DNA of 64,000 nucleotides from Sedimentisphaerales bacterium (GCA_963666285.1 OY762711.1); one strand, 5' to 3'; positions 30,972 through 41,061 are shown, counted from the stretch's first letter. Notes: a model not told the origin generated them from the sequence alone. Numbers and translations are program-made.

Positions 30972-32279
30972 TTATTCCATCTCTTTCCAGAGTTTCTCTT
31001 CTGCTTTCCGGAACTGGCTGAAGCTCATCTCCAGTTCCGACAGAACATTATTGATCTTTTCAGGAACAATATTTTCTCCCATTTCACTCACTGTTTTCTT
31101 TAAGGCAATTGCCGCACTGTCCAGCCTTTCAGCCCCGGATGCAAATGCCGCTGCTGCGTCAACCGTCGACTGGAGTTCCATCTCCTTCTGATTCGGCTTA
31201 TAGAGCAGCCGCCAGGGCGCCCGACGAACCTCCTGGCTGACAAGTTTCAGATTAGAGCTGACCTCTGTTATATTATTTATCATCAGGTCTATCCGATCCC
31301 GGTTCATTGCGATCGTTTCCCCGGCACCTATCGCTGCTTCCTTTAACTCTGCCAGTGCTTCCCTGGCAGTATCAAGTCCGCCGTTTGCCTTGTCCATTAC
31401 CTGGCCCATTTTTTCCACTATTGACGGTAATTCAGTTTCAATTACTTTGGCAGATTTCTTTAATGACTGAATTGTTTCGCCTATGCCTTCCTTATTGTCA
31501 TTCACTATCTCTTTTAGTCCGGCCATCGAATCGTCAAACTTTGTCAGCGAACTCAAAACCTTTGCCAGTAAAGCTTCGTTATTGCCTTTGTCCATTTGGA
31601 TGCGTATCGAATCTGTTAACTCTTCCAGGTTTTCGGCGACATGCCTCAACTGTGCCAGAAAGGTACCGTCAAACTGATCATTAATTTCCATCTCATGCCT
31701 GATCGTATCGGTAACTTCTCGTATGTTTGTTGCGGAAGTGGTAAGAGAGCCGAGAAGCGAGTCCGGATTATCACGGTTCAGCTCCTGCTTCATTGTATAC
31801 ATAATTCCATCAGGATTAGTGATATCAAATTCCTTTTTGATCTTGTCCAATACACCATCTGCAAGGTTAAGCGTCATTGTATCGCCGTCAGACAACTCAT
31901 GACCCTGACTGCCTAAATTTTCAACTGCCAGTATCGCTTTTGCCCCCAGGATATTCTGTTCCGGTGTCAGTATGCAATCGTCATACAGCTTATACTTAGC
32001 CGGCAGCTCCATTGTAAATGATACGAATATCTCGCCTTTTTCATCTACGCTGATATCTGTCTCTGCTATCTGACCGACTTTATATCCGCCAAGCTGGATC
32101 GGGCTGCCCTCGCTCAAACCATGAAGACCGGTTGTATACGGCACTCTCACAGTTATCATCTGATACTCTTCGGTTAGCTTCGTAACATCTGCCAATAGCA
32201 CGACAACATAAACCGCCAGGGCCAAAACAGCAAAAACCGTTATGCCCACTAATATTTCATTATTTTTATTCTTTGCCAT
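30972..32279 (-). CDS. mlaD: MlaD/MCE family lipid-transport protein with long helical extension
   Basis: N-terminal TM; GLSEGSPIQLGGYKVGQI MCE motif; coiled-coil region; PWRLLYKP. Confidence 0.85.
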   Translation of the reverse strand: MAKNKNNEILVGITVFAVLALAVYVVVLLADVTKLTEEYQMITVRVPYTTGLHGLSEGSPIQLGGYKVGQIAETDISVDEKGEIFVSFTMELPAKYKLYDDCILTPEQNILGAKAILAVENLGSQGHELSDGDTMTLNLADGVLDKIKKEFDITNPDGIMYTMKQELNRDNPDSLLGSLTTSATNIREVTDTIRHEMEINDQFDGTFLAQLRHVAENLEELTDSIRIQMDKGNNEALLAKVLSSLTKFDDSMAGLKEIVNDNKEGIGETIQSLKKSAKVIETELPSIVEKMGQVMDKANGGLDTAREALAELKEAAIGAGETIAMNRDRIDLMINNITEVSSNLKLVSQEVRRAPWRLLYKPNQKEMELQSTVDAAAAFASGAERLDSAAIALKKTVSEMGENIVPEKINNVLSELEMSFSQFRKAEEKLWKEME

Positions 32280-32302
32280 CTTCCATCAACTATAAAAGGT
32301 AA

Positions 32303-33181
32303 TTATCTTTCTTCATGATATCCTGCGCCCAGAAGATCATCCTGGTAACTGGCACTATTAGCTTTGCTGGTCAGCGGCCCCTCGGCTTCGCCCCTGAGAA
32401 ACTGCCTCATCAGTAACTCGTCTTCTCCGGCCAGCTCATCCGGTTCACTATCTCGCAATTTTTCAAAATCACTTCGCGGACCAACCATCAAAATTCTGCC
32501 CTTATCCAGCATACACATGCGGTCGGCTATCGCAAACGCGGAATCCATCTCATGAGTCACTACCACACTGGTAACACCCAGTTTACTCGACAGGTCTTTT
32601 ATTAAGTTGTCAATCTGGGCACTCGTTACCGGGTCCAGACCGGCACTCGGTTCATCGTAAAATAATATATCAGGATCCAGCGCTATCGCCCGGGCCAGTC
32701 CGGCACGCTTCTTCATGCCGCCGCTCAACATGGCAGGCATCTTATCTGCATGGTTACGAAGGTTCACCAGCTCCAGTTTTATTTTCACCATTATATCAAT
32801 GGTTTCCGCATCCAGTCCGGTATGTTCCGACAACGGCAGCGATACATTCTCACTTACTGTCATCGAATTAAACAACGCACCCGACTGAAACAGTATTCCG
32901 AATCGTTTGCGTATCTCGTCCAGCTCTCTCTCACTCATCTGCGTAATTTCTTTGCCAAAAAGTTCTATCGTACCTTCGTCCGGTCGATGAGATCCTATCA
33001 AATGACGCAGCAGAGTACTTTTACCACAGCCGCTGCCGCCCATAATAACCATAATCTCGCCCGGATATACCTCCAGGTTCAAACCGTCCAGCACTACCTG
33101 GCTGCCGAATGTTTTACACAAACCGCTAACCCTGATCACCGGCTCGTCCGGGCCATATTCTCTTTTACACTCTGTTACCAT
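32303..33181 (-). CDS. mlaF: MlaF-type ABC transporter ATPase
   Basis: GGSGCGKST, LFQSGALFNSM, LSGGMKKRAGLARA, YDEPSAGLDP. Confidence 0.92.
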   Translation of the reverse strand: MVTECKREYGPDEPVIRVSGLCKTFGSQVVLDGLNLEVYPGEIMVIMGGSGCGKSTLLRHLIGSHRPDEGTIELFGKEITQMSERELDEIRKRFGILFQSGALFNSMTVSENVSLPLSEHTGLDAETIDIMVKIKLELVNLRNHADKMPAMLSGGMKKRAGLARAIALDPDILFYDEPSAGLDPVTSAQIDNLIKDLSSKLGVTSVVVTHEMDSAFAIADRMCMLDKGRILMVGPRSDFEKLRDSEPDELAGEDELLMRQFLRGEAEGPLTSKANSASYQDDLLGAGYHEER

Positions 33182-34021
33182 TTAACTAAAAATACCATAA
33201 GCATAAAATATTACCGTAAACACCGCTGCTGCCATTATAACCGCCACGATACTGTAAACCACCGTCAGGGTTGTCGCCCGACCGACACCTTCACTTCCTT
33301 CCCAGGGCTTGACCGACAATCCCATATAGCAGGCCACCAGGCCTATGAGCAAACCATATACCCCGGCTTTCACCAGGCCGCTTACGAAACCTGATATATC
33401 CACCGCTTCTCGACTCAACTGCATATACAGTCCCGGATCGACCCCGAGGTTCCGGCCTGTAGCCATGCCTGCCGCTACCATCACAACATCAGCAATCACC
33501 GACAGCAACACGGTCATTATCATCGTTGCCGCCAATCGCGGCGCGACAAGAAACCGTACCGGGCTTAACGCTGTTGCACGCAAAGCTTCTATCTCTTCGG
33601 TCGTTACCATAGTACCCAGCTCGGCGGCTATACTGGCTCCGGCAAAACCGCTCAATATTATCGCGGTCATCAACGGCCCCAGCTCACGCAACGCTGCAAT
33701 AGCATTAATGGTGGCAATCTGCTCACCCTGACCAAACTCGTTTAACTTCGGATACATCTGCAGCGGCATAATCACACCGACCGCAACCTGTATCATAATT
33801 ACTATCGGGATAGCTCTCACTCCTACCCGAACCATCTGGAACGCCAGCGCAGAACGGCTTACCCGCTGCGAACGAAATACCATTCCCTTTAGGAGCACCA
33901 TGACAGTTTCAAATAATAGAAATGTCATCCCGCCCAACATAGAAAAAAAACCGGCAAGCTTATCTATAAGCAACCGGCCTGGTATCATTATGGAATTCCT
34001 GTTATCTGCCTTTTCCGGCAT
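33182..34021 (-). CDS. mlaE: MlaE-type ABC transporter permease
   Basis: RELGPLMTAII, AAELGTMVTTEEIEAL, GVGRATT. Confidence 0.92.
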   Translation of the reverse strand: MPEKADNRNSIMIPGRLLIDKLAGFFSMLGGMTFLLFETVMVLLKGMVFRSQRVSRSALAFQMVRVGVRAIPIVIMIQVAVGVIMPLQMYPKLNEFGQGEQIATINAIAALRELGPLMTAIILSGFAGASIAAELGTMVTTEEIEALRATALSPVRFLVAPRLAATMIMTVLLSVIADVVMVAAGMATGRNLGVDPGLYMQLSREAVDISGFVSGLVKAGVYGLLIGLVACYMGLSVKPWEGSEGVGRATTLTVVYSIVAVIMAAAVFTVIFYAYGIFS

Positions 34022-34045
34022 TACCTGTCTCCTGACAAATAAAGG

Positions 34046-34411
34046 CTATTGCAATGCAAGTACTACTGAATCGTAGAAATCAAACATTGACTCCAGCCTG
34101 GCTATTTCAAATACTCCTCTTACACGCTCATTAACACCTGAAAGCCTTAAATTACACATCTTCTTCTTGGATAATTTCAAGCCTTCGATCAGGGTTGCCA
34201 GGCCGCTCGAATCCATACAGTCTACCCCGGCCATATCCACGATCAGCTTCTTGGGCGGGTCCTGCAGGATTGACAGCAGTTCCTGCCGCAAATCCATCGA
34301 ACAGCTCATATCAAATGAGCCGGACAATTCGAGGATGATACTATCATCTACTTTTCGGATATCTTTTATTATTTTGTTATTTTCATACTGCATAGCTATA
34401 TTATTCACCAT
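34046..34411 (-). CDS. STAS-domain protein (anti-sigma antagonist or MlaB-like); start uncertain
   Basis: DMAGVDCMDSSGLATLI STAS phosphoacceptor motif. Confidence 0.85.
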   Translation of the reverse strand: MVNNIAMQYENNKIIKDIRKVDDSIILELSGSFDMSCSMDLRQELLSILQDPPKKLIVDMAGVDCMDSSGLATLIEGLKLSKKKMCNLRLSGVNERVRGVFEIARLESMFDFYDSVVLALQ

Positions 34412-34481
34412 TGATCTTCTCAATTCTGTTAATAATACTACATTTACTTTCCCCTCATATTTGATCCCCAATCCTGCACAT

Positions 34482-34916
34482 TTACAGGTATTTAATCATC
34501 GTCAATATCATTCCTTTATCTTCAGCTTTCTTATATTCGACAAAATCCATTATCGTCTTTATTATATGAACACCCAAACCTCCCGGTCTTATATCCTCCA
34601 GGTCCCTGCTCTTGATCTGGGAGATATCCACCTGGCAGCCAAAGTCACGGGTTACTATTTTCAGTCCCTTTTTGCCTTCGGTTTGGTCAAATAAAACCTT
34701 AATCTTATTGTCATTCTTCTGACATCCATAACCATGCCTGATTATATTTGTAAACGCTTCGGTTACGGCAAGCGAGATCTTCGCGACGACCTTATCATCA
34801 AAGCCAACAGATTCTGCACACTTGCATGTCGCCGAACGGATATTTCTAATCTCATCGCAAACCGCTGAAAATTCCATTTCAACCGGCATATCAGTTATGT
34901 TATTAGATGTTGACAT
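34482..34916 (-). CDS. RsbW-like anti-sigma factor / Ser kinase (HATPase_c)
   Basis: LAVTEAFTNIIRHGY, RDFG, GGLGVHIIKTIMD. Confidence 0.88.
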   Translation of the reverse strand: MSTSNNITDMPVEMEFSAVCDEIRNIRSATCKCAESVGFDDKVVAKISLAVTEAFTNIIRHGYGCQKNDNKIKVLFDQTEGKKGLKIVTRDFGCQVDISQIKSRDLEDIRPGGLGVHIIKTIMDFVEYKKAEDKGMILTMIKYL

Positions 34917-34932
34917 TAAAATAATTTTGCCT

Positions 34933-35334
34933 TTACTCTTTCTCTGATGACGTTTCGACCGGGTAATTATCCGCCAGCCATTTACGCCAGGTCTTCACCG
35001 CTTCGTATCTACGGCCCGCATCATAGCGGTAATTATAGCCGTTATCAGTACCGGTAAGTTTCTTTAATGACATTATGGCATAAAATCTCACACCGGCATC
35101 TTCATCTTCCAACAGATCAATTTGCCTCGACAAATATTCATAATTTCCGGCTTCAGCAACTTTATGCATTGCTGATACCTGAAAAGCAGGCACACCGCTG
35201 TCAATATCTGACATTTCAGTTTTATCAAGGCCGCGATTGCAGCCGCCCGAAAAACAGAATATCAATATCGCCGAAAGGTATGTCCAAAATACGACTCTCC
35301 TGGTCGTACCAAATTTTGTCATATTATATTTCAT
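34933..35334 (-). CDS. Probable lipoprotein with HEAT-like repeat
   Basis: Lipobox-like SGGC; LLEDEDAGVRFYAIMSLKKLTG; start codon uncertain. Confidence 0.7.
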   Translation of the reverse strand: MKYNMTKFGTTRRVVFWTYLSAILIFCFSGGCNRGLDKTEMSDIDSGVPAFQVSAMHKVAEAGNYEYLSRQIDLLEDEDAGVRFYAIMSLKKLTGTDNGYNYRYDAGRRYEAVKTWRKWLADNYPVETSSEKE

Positions 35335-35504
35335 TTATTATTTCTGGTTTATCTAATGTCATTAAACGCAACTATCAGCTGACATTATATTTTCGGCAAT
35401 ATTTGATTATGTTTTCAGTTTAGCTCGATTTACTATTTGTTTTATTAAAACTTTGTTGAATTTACCACCACAGACAGGTCCCATAACAAGAAATGGTTTA
35501 AAGC

Positions 35505-35534
35505 AAAAAGCCCGGGTATCTATTTACCCGGGCT
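35505..35534 (-). terminator. Rho-independent terminator
   Basis: AGCCCGGGTA/TACCCGGGCT perfect 10-bp stem with T tract on the minus strand. Confidence 0.75.
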
Positions 35535-35775
35535 GGTTGCAGCTTCCACTTGTGAATCCAAAAGGAGATTAGGGGAAAATGAAGTTCATAAAAGTTTTAT
35601 AATAAAACTTTGTTGTTCAGCTTTAGTCTTTATATATCCTGTAAATTATTACAATTTAACTAATTACATTTAAGATGATTCTTTTCGACAGTTATAACGC
35701 CTCTTTGCTTCTCTTGTCTTTTCCGCATCAACTAAACAAAAACTGGTGCTTTAAAGATTATATACTTGAGAAACA

Positions 35776-36819
35776 TCATGGGGCAATAAAAGTATCATCT
35801 TCTTCCGGAGTTTCAACTCCATAATATTCTACCGCTTTTTTGATCGTAAAAATATCATCCTGCTGCGGACCGTATAACCGATCACGCATAAAGACAACAT
35901 TTCCGTCGGAGAACAGTACCACCTGGCCTTTACTGCCGTGGTTCAGCGAGTTCACTTTTCGTAATTCAGAATCCATCGGAACTGATATTACATGCTGCAG
36001 ATTACTGTCAAAACCGGCAAAAATTGGATTTTTATCCGATGCTGCCGCCTCGCGTTTTATACCCCACTGGGTATTACTGTTAGGAATGATCAGCCTAAAA
36101 CTGTAATTCACATGATCTTTACTCATAAAGTCGTTCAGCTCACGTGCTTTTTTATCTGACATCTGCTCCAGCTGAACAAATATTTTGCCATTATTGCGGT
36201 CTGCCGGGCACAGGAAATTCTCCGGACGGGCATAACCGTCTTTGACCAGCCGGTAAACATGGCGGGTATTCGAACCGGCATCCGGTCTCTGCTCTCCTAT
36301 ATTCCACCATTTGCCGTTACTGCTGTCTGCCTGAGGCATAAGACCATTATTATCTGATGCATAATTCTGGAACGCGCCGCCAAGTTCGGCCATCTGTTTC
36401 TCACATTGCTTACGCTGTGCGATACTGCGGGAATAATCAAGGCCGGGCTTTCCTACCAGAAATACCAGCAGCAGACATGCCGCTACCGCAAAGATATCAC
36501 GCAAATTGCCCAATACCCAGCTCAAACGACCTTCGTTTGTATATTCACGCTTGTTATAGCGTACTCGGGCACTTTCCAGGTTAAGCGAATATTCCTTATC
36601 CTGATGGGTCTGTACATAACCGGCTGTTCGGTCGGCCAATCCAACCGGAACATGAACATCATTTATTAGATCAAGCCGGTCAAAAGTATGCTTCAGACCG
36701 TCATACACCGCTCGGGCCTGCTCATCTTGAGCAATCAGCTTTTCAACTTCTTCCTTTCGGTCATTCTGACCGGTCAGAAAGTCAAAAATCAGTTCAAATT
36801 GTTCCTGTCTTTTTTCCAT
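35776..36819 (-). CDS. Membrane anti-sigma-like protein with pilin-like/H-X9-DG extracytoplasmic domain
   Basis: Follows the ECF sigma gene; anti-sigma-like N-terminus, TM AVAACLLLVFLV, then CEKQMAELG, FLCP, NHGSKGQVVLFSDGNV. Confidence 0.7.
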   Translation of the reverse strand: MEKRQEQFELIFDFLTGQNDRKEEVEKLIAQDEQARAVYDGLKHTFDRLDLINDVHVPVGLADRTAGYVQTHQDKEYSLNLESARVRYNKREYTNEGRLSWVLGNLRDIFAVAACLLLVFLVGKPGLDYSRSIAQRKQCEKQMAELGGAFQNYASDNNGLMPQADSSNGKWWNIGEQRPDAGSNTRHVYRLVKDGYARPENFLCPADRNNGKIFVQLEQMSDKKARELNDFMSKDHVNYSFRLIIPNSNTQWGIKREAAASDKNPIFAGFDSNLQHVISVPMDSELRKVNSLNHGSKGQVVLFSDGNVVFMRDRLYGPQQDDIFTIKKAVEYYGVETPEEDDTFIAP

Positions 36820-36985
36820 AATTCGTCTAACCCACAATATTTATCAGGGCCATAATATTCAATTATATCATACTATTCCGTTACTACCGCTTATAGTAAC
36901 TCACTGTAACGGCTGCAAGCTATGCCGATACTGCCGGCAATACAAAATATTGTTATATCTTCCAAATCCGGCTTCTTACTTATAT

Positions 36986-37567
36986 TTACTTGTTCATTAC
37001 CTTCCGGAACCGCTCGGAGAAGTTATTCACCGCGGTATGCAGCCGTGACTTCACCGTTCCCAGCGGAATATCAAGCATTTCGGCTATTTCCTTATATGGC
37101 ATATGCTTAAAATATGCCAATACCAGCATCTCTCGCAAATTCTCAGGCATACCTGCCACCACGTTTCTAACCAGGTCGCGGGTCTGCTCTCGTTCCAAAA
37201 TATCCAACGGAGTCTCTTCATCCCTCATCAGGTTATCCCAAATAGAGGACAATTCCTCATTATCTTCCGAATTACTGAAATTAACCGTGGGACGACGACT
37301 CTGCGATCGCAGGATATCACGTGCCTTATTTGTTGCTATTGTATAGAGCCATGGCTTGAACCTGCGAGATGGATCGAATGAATCTGCAGATAAATGAACC
37401 TGAAGAAACGCTTCCTGAAAAGCCTCCTCGGCCAAGTTCGGCTGATTCATAAATCGCGATAGATAACTATAAAGCTCTTTCTCATAACGCCTTATGAGAA
37501 ACCCTATCGCGCCCTCATCGCCGCTCTGCAGGTCAGCCATTAATTGTTCGTCTGTTTTATCAGTCAC
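36986..37567 (-). CDS. ECF RNA polymerase sigma factor
   Basis: TDEQLM, AEEAFQEAF, FKPWLYTIATNKARD, YKEIAEMLDIPLGTVKSRLH; GTG start. Confidence 0.95.
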   Translation of the reverse strand: MTDKTDEQLMADLQSGDEGAIGFLIRRYEKELYSYLSRFMNQPNLAEEAFQEAFLQVHLSADSFDPSRRFKPWLYTIATNKARDILRSQSRRPTVNFSNSEDNEELSSIWDNLMRDEETPLDILEREQTRDLVRNVVAGMPENLREMLVLAYFKHMPYKEIAEMLDIPLGTVKSRLHTAVNNFSERFRKVMNK

Positions 37568-37785
37568 TTTTTATTACGCTTTTATATTAATGTGGGTTCT
37601 GAGATATAATTTTTTTTCATATATTTATCGTCAAATTACAGCATTTATGCTTAGATATTACTGATTTAACGATTATAACATCAAAAACAAACGAATTGGC
37701 TCTTTGCCTTTTAAACCCTTAATTATTCAGATAGTTACAAGAATTATTCTTTTTTATATTTTTTTATTTTTTTCAGGAAAAACCC

Positions 37786-37813
37786 TTGCATAAATTAAAA
37801 AAACAGGTATATT
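37786..37813 (+). promoter_or_regulatory. Sigma70-type promoter of tRNA-Asp
   Basis: TTGCAT, 16-nt spacer, TATATT, preceded by an AT-rich tract. Confidence 0.55.
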
Positions 37814-37853
37814 ATCTAGTCTCTTGATTGCTTGAAAGAAATCAGGCAAATGA

Positions 37854-37927
37854 GGGGCGGTAGCTCAATTGGTTAGAGCATTGGACTGTCGATCCAAAGG
37901 TTGCGAGTTCGATTCTCGTCCGCCTCG
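37854..37927 (+). tRNA. tRNA-Asp (GTC), CCA not encoded
   Basis: Acceptor GGGGCGG/CCGCCTC; D arm GCTC/GAGC; anticodon arm TTGGA-CTGTCGA-TCCAA; T arm GCGAG-TTCGATT-CTCGT; discriminator G. Confidence 0.97.
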
Positions 37928-37934
37928 CTTAATA

Positions 37935-37972
37935 AACCGCGGTTGTCAATAGATGACTGCGGTTCTTTTTTT
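37935..37972 (+). terminator. tRNA terminator
   Basis: AACCGCGGTTGTC-AATA-GATGACTGCGGTT stem followed by CT7. Confidence 0.8.
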
Positions 37973-40900
37973 GCGCTTAACTCTGGAATGCTCTGATAGC
38001 GTATTTCGATACAACTGGCCAATTAAATACACGACTAAACCACTCATTTTCTCTTTCTGGTATTTTAATAACTGAACATGCATTTCCTAACAACAAACTA
38101 ACCACCTGATAATAAACAAATTACAACACAGTTATGCGAGAAAAGAAATATTTCATCATGATGATTATAATTAAAATAGTATTCAAATCCATAAAGGAAA
38201 GCATATAATATAAGAGCGATAAAGCTTGTTAAATACTAGAAGGAATACCCCCGTGTTACAAATTACGTTAGAAGCTGATAATAGTATAGTTGATGAAGTT
38301 GATTTATTCCGTTTCCGAATAAATAATGAACTTGAATCTAAAAACAAATCAGCGCTTGGACAGTATTTTACACCTGCACCAATATGTCGATTTATGGCTT
38401 CTTTATTTGATAGTATCCCCTCAAAATCTTATCTTCTAGACCCTGGCTGTGGCACCGGTGGGTTAACTTCGGCTTTTATTGAAGAAGCAATAAACAGAAA
38501 TGAAATAGTAGACATAGAAGCTGATCTATACGACATTGAACCAAAAGTTAAACCATACATTACAGAAGTCAAAAATCTTTGTAGCAAATCTGCAAAAATC
38601 AACTTTATTGAAGACGATTTCATACTAAATTTTGATACAATACTAAATGAATCTTTTTTCAATTCAATTAGTGTTGAAAAATACAGCCATGCAATACTAA
38701 ATCCTCCTTATAAGAAAATTGCGACAAAAAGTAACCATAGAATCTGCTTAAGAAAAGCCGGAGTTGAAATAGTCAACATATATGCCGGTTTTGTTGCCCT
38801 CAGCATACTGCAACTTCGCAAAGGTGGTGAGCTAGTAGCCATTATACCTCGATCTTTTTGTAATGGTTTGTACTATGAGCCTTTTAGAAAATTTATTCTT
38901 AATAGAACTGCAATAAAACACATACACATATTTGAAAGCAGAACAGACGCCTTTTCTGATGAAGATGTTCTTCAGGAAAATATTATTGTTCACTTAGTCA
39001 AAGGCGAAAAACAAAAAGATGTAACAATCACTTCGAGTCCAACATCTGACTTCCATATTGATCCGATTACTAACACATATTCCGCAACAGATATGACTAT
39101 ACGTTCTGTTCCTATTAGCTCAATAGTAAACCAACATGACAGAAATTTATTCATCCATATTGCGGCTAACAACAGAGATCAGGCTATCATAGATAAACTT
39201 AGTATCTTTACTTCAACCTTAGACGACCTAAATATAGAAGTATCAACAGGTCCTGTTGTTGATTTTCGCCTTAAAAATGATCTAAGAGAAAACTATGAAG
39301 ATGGCTTAGCTCCTTTGCTTTACCCTATTCACTTTAAAAACGGATTTAAATGGCCGCAAAAAACAAAAAAACCTAACGCAATCAATATTTCAAAAAAGTC
39401 CAGAAAATGGCTCTGGGATAATACTGGATATTTTGTAATCACAAAACGTTTCAGTTCAAAAGAAGAAAATAGGAGAATAGTTGCGTCAATTTACGATGGT
39501 ACCTTACCAGGAAGGTTTATTGGTTTTGAAAATAAATTAAACGTCTTTCATCACAAAAAAAAAGCTATTGAAAAAGAGCTAGCTTTAGGATTAATGATTT
39601 TTCTTAATTGCACATTGGTAGATAAATACTATCGTCTTTTCGGTGGTCATACACAAGTTAATGCAACAGACCTCAGAGCAATTAAATATCCTGACTTTGA
39701 AACATTGATTAGGCTTGGAAAAAAGGTAGATAGTCCATCATTATCACAAAAAGAAATTGACGACTTAATTGAAAAGGAAATTATCAAAATGACCGGGAAT
39801 GATAATAATAACCCTATTGAGATGCAAAATAAAATAGACCAAGCCTTACAGATACTCATTGACGTTGGAATGCCTCGCGCTCAGCAAAATGAAAGGTCTG
39901 CACTCACTTTATTAGCATTACTAAACCTGACACCACAAAAGCAATGGAGTGATGCTGAATCTCCAATGATAGGCGTAACACCGATAATGGATTGGTGCCT
40001 TAATGAATATGGTAAAGAATACGCGCCAAATACAAGAGAGACATTTCGCAGACAAACTCTTCACCAATTTGTTGATGGTGGAGTTTGTCTTTATAATCCA
40101 GATAAACCAGATAGACCTGTTAACAGCCCAAAGGCTTGTTATCAAATTACTCCTGAATTGCTCAAAATAATCAAACATTACGGCACCACCAATTGGACCC
40201 CATATTTAAATCGCTGGCTTAAAAAACGGAAAACACTGGTTCAAAAATATGCCAAAAGCCGCGATATGGCAATGATCCCTTTAACTTTAGATACTGGAGA
40301 GGAAATATTATTAAGTCCAGGAGATCATAGTCAATTAATCTGCGATATCGTTAATGAATTTGGGCAGCGTTTTGTTCCTGGCGCAGAAGTTATATACTTA
40401 GGCGATACTGGAGCTAAAGAAGAATTTTTCAATAAGGAAAAATTAGAAGAACTTGGAGTAACCGTTAATCGAAAGGGTAAATTGCCAGATGTTGTATTGT
40501 ATTGGCAAAACAAAGACTGGCTGCTACTTATTGAATCTGTAACCAGTCATGGACCAGTAGATAGTAAAAGACATTCTGAACTATCAGAATTGTTCAAAAA
40601 TGCAAAACCAGGATTGGTTTATGTAACAGCATTCCCAAATCGCTCCATAATGGCAAAATACCTTACTGATATTTCATGGGAAACCGAAGTCTGGACAGCA
40701 GATACCCCAACCCATTTGATACATTTTAACGGTGACAGGTTTCTTGGACCACATAATAATAATTCACAAACTTGATAGTATAACTGCAGTTTTTTACAAA
40801 AAACTTTTATACATTTCAAGTCAAAACAATCTCCTAAAAGACCTTCCTGCTAAGTTTTAAATTTTGAACAAAGCGTGAGACAATATTGCCTACCCACCTA

Positions 40901-41061
40901 ATTGATCCCATTCTGTCCCACGAATAACGTCGAACTGTAAAAGTATCTCTCTTATAAGATACAAAGCGAAATGGTAAAAAACATTTCCTTTAAATTCGAA
41001 AATAGAATCCCTTAACTTACTAAAACAGATGACTGCGGTTCTTTTTTTGCGCATAACTCTG
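37951..41061. mobile_element. AT-rich restriction-modification islet bounded by a 35-bp direct repeat
   Basis: AGATGACTGCGGTTCTTTTTTTGCGC(T/A)TAACTCTG at 37951-37985 and 41027-41061 (one mismatch). Confidence 0.75.
38253..40775 (+). CDS. Fused N6-adenine methyltransferase + BsuBI/PstI-type restriction endonuclease
   Basis: LGQYFTP, LDPGCGTG, NPPY, GHTQVNATDL (MTase); RAQQNERSAL, YAPNTRETFRRQTLHQF, GKLPDVV, IESVTSHGP, ISWETEVW (REase); likely GTG start at 38253. Confidence 0.9.
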   Translation: MLQITLEADNSIVDEVDLFRFRINNELESKNKSALGQYFTPAPICRFMASLFDSIPSKSYLLDPGCGTGGLTSAFIEEAINRNEIVDIEADLYDIEPKVKPYITEVKNLCSKSAKINFIEDDFILNFDTILNESFFNSISVEKYSHAILNPPYKKIATKSNHRICLRKAGVEIVNIYAGFVALSILQLRKGGELVAIIPRSFCNGLYYEPFRKFILNRTAIKHIHIFESRTDAFSDEDVLQENIIVHLVKGEKQKDVTITSSPTSDFHIDPITNTYSATDMTIRSVPISSIVNQHDRNLFIHIAANNRDQAIIDKLSIFTSTLDDLNIEVSTGPVVDFRLKNDLRENYEDGLAPLLYPIHFKNGFKWPQKTKKPNAINISKKSRKWLWDNTGYFVITKRFSSKEENRRIVASIYDGTLPGRFIGFENKLNVFHHKKKAIEKELALGLMIFLNCTLVDKYYRLFGGHTQVNATDLRAIKYPDFETLIRLGKKVDSPSLSQKEIDDLIEKEIIKMTGNDNNNPIEMQNKIDQALQILIDVGMPRAQQNERSALTLLALLNLTPQKQWSDAESPMIGVTPIMDWCLNEYGKEYAPNTRETFRRQTLHQFVDGGVCLYNPDKPDRPVNSPKACYQITPELLKIIKHYGTTNWTPYLNRWLKKRKTLVQKYAKSRDMAMIPLTLDTGEEILLSPGDHSQLICDIVNEFGQRFVPGAEVIYLGDTGAKEEFFNKEKLEELGVTVNRKGKLPDVVLYWQNKDWLLLIESVTSHGPVDSKRHSELSELFKNAKPGLVYVTAFPNRSIMAKYLTDISWETEVWTADTPTHLIHFNGDRFLGPHNNNSQT

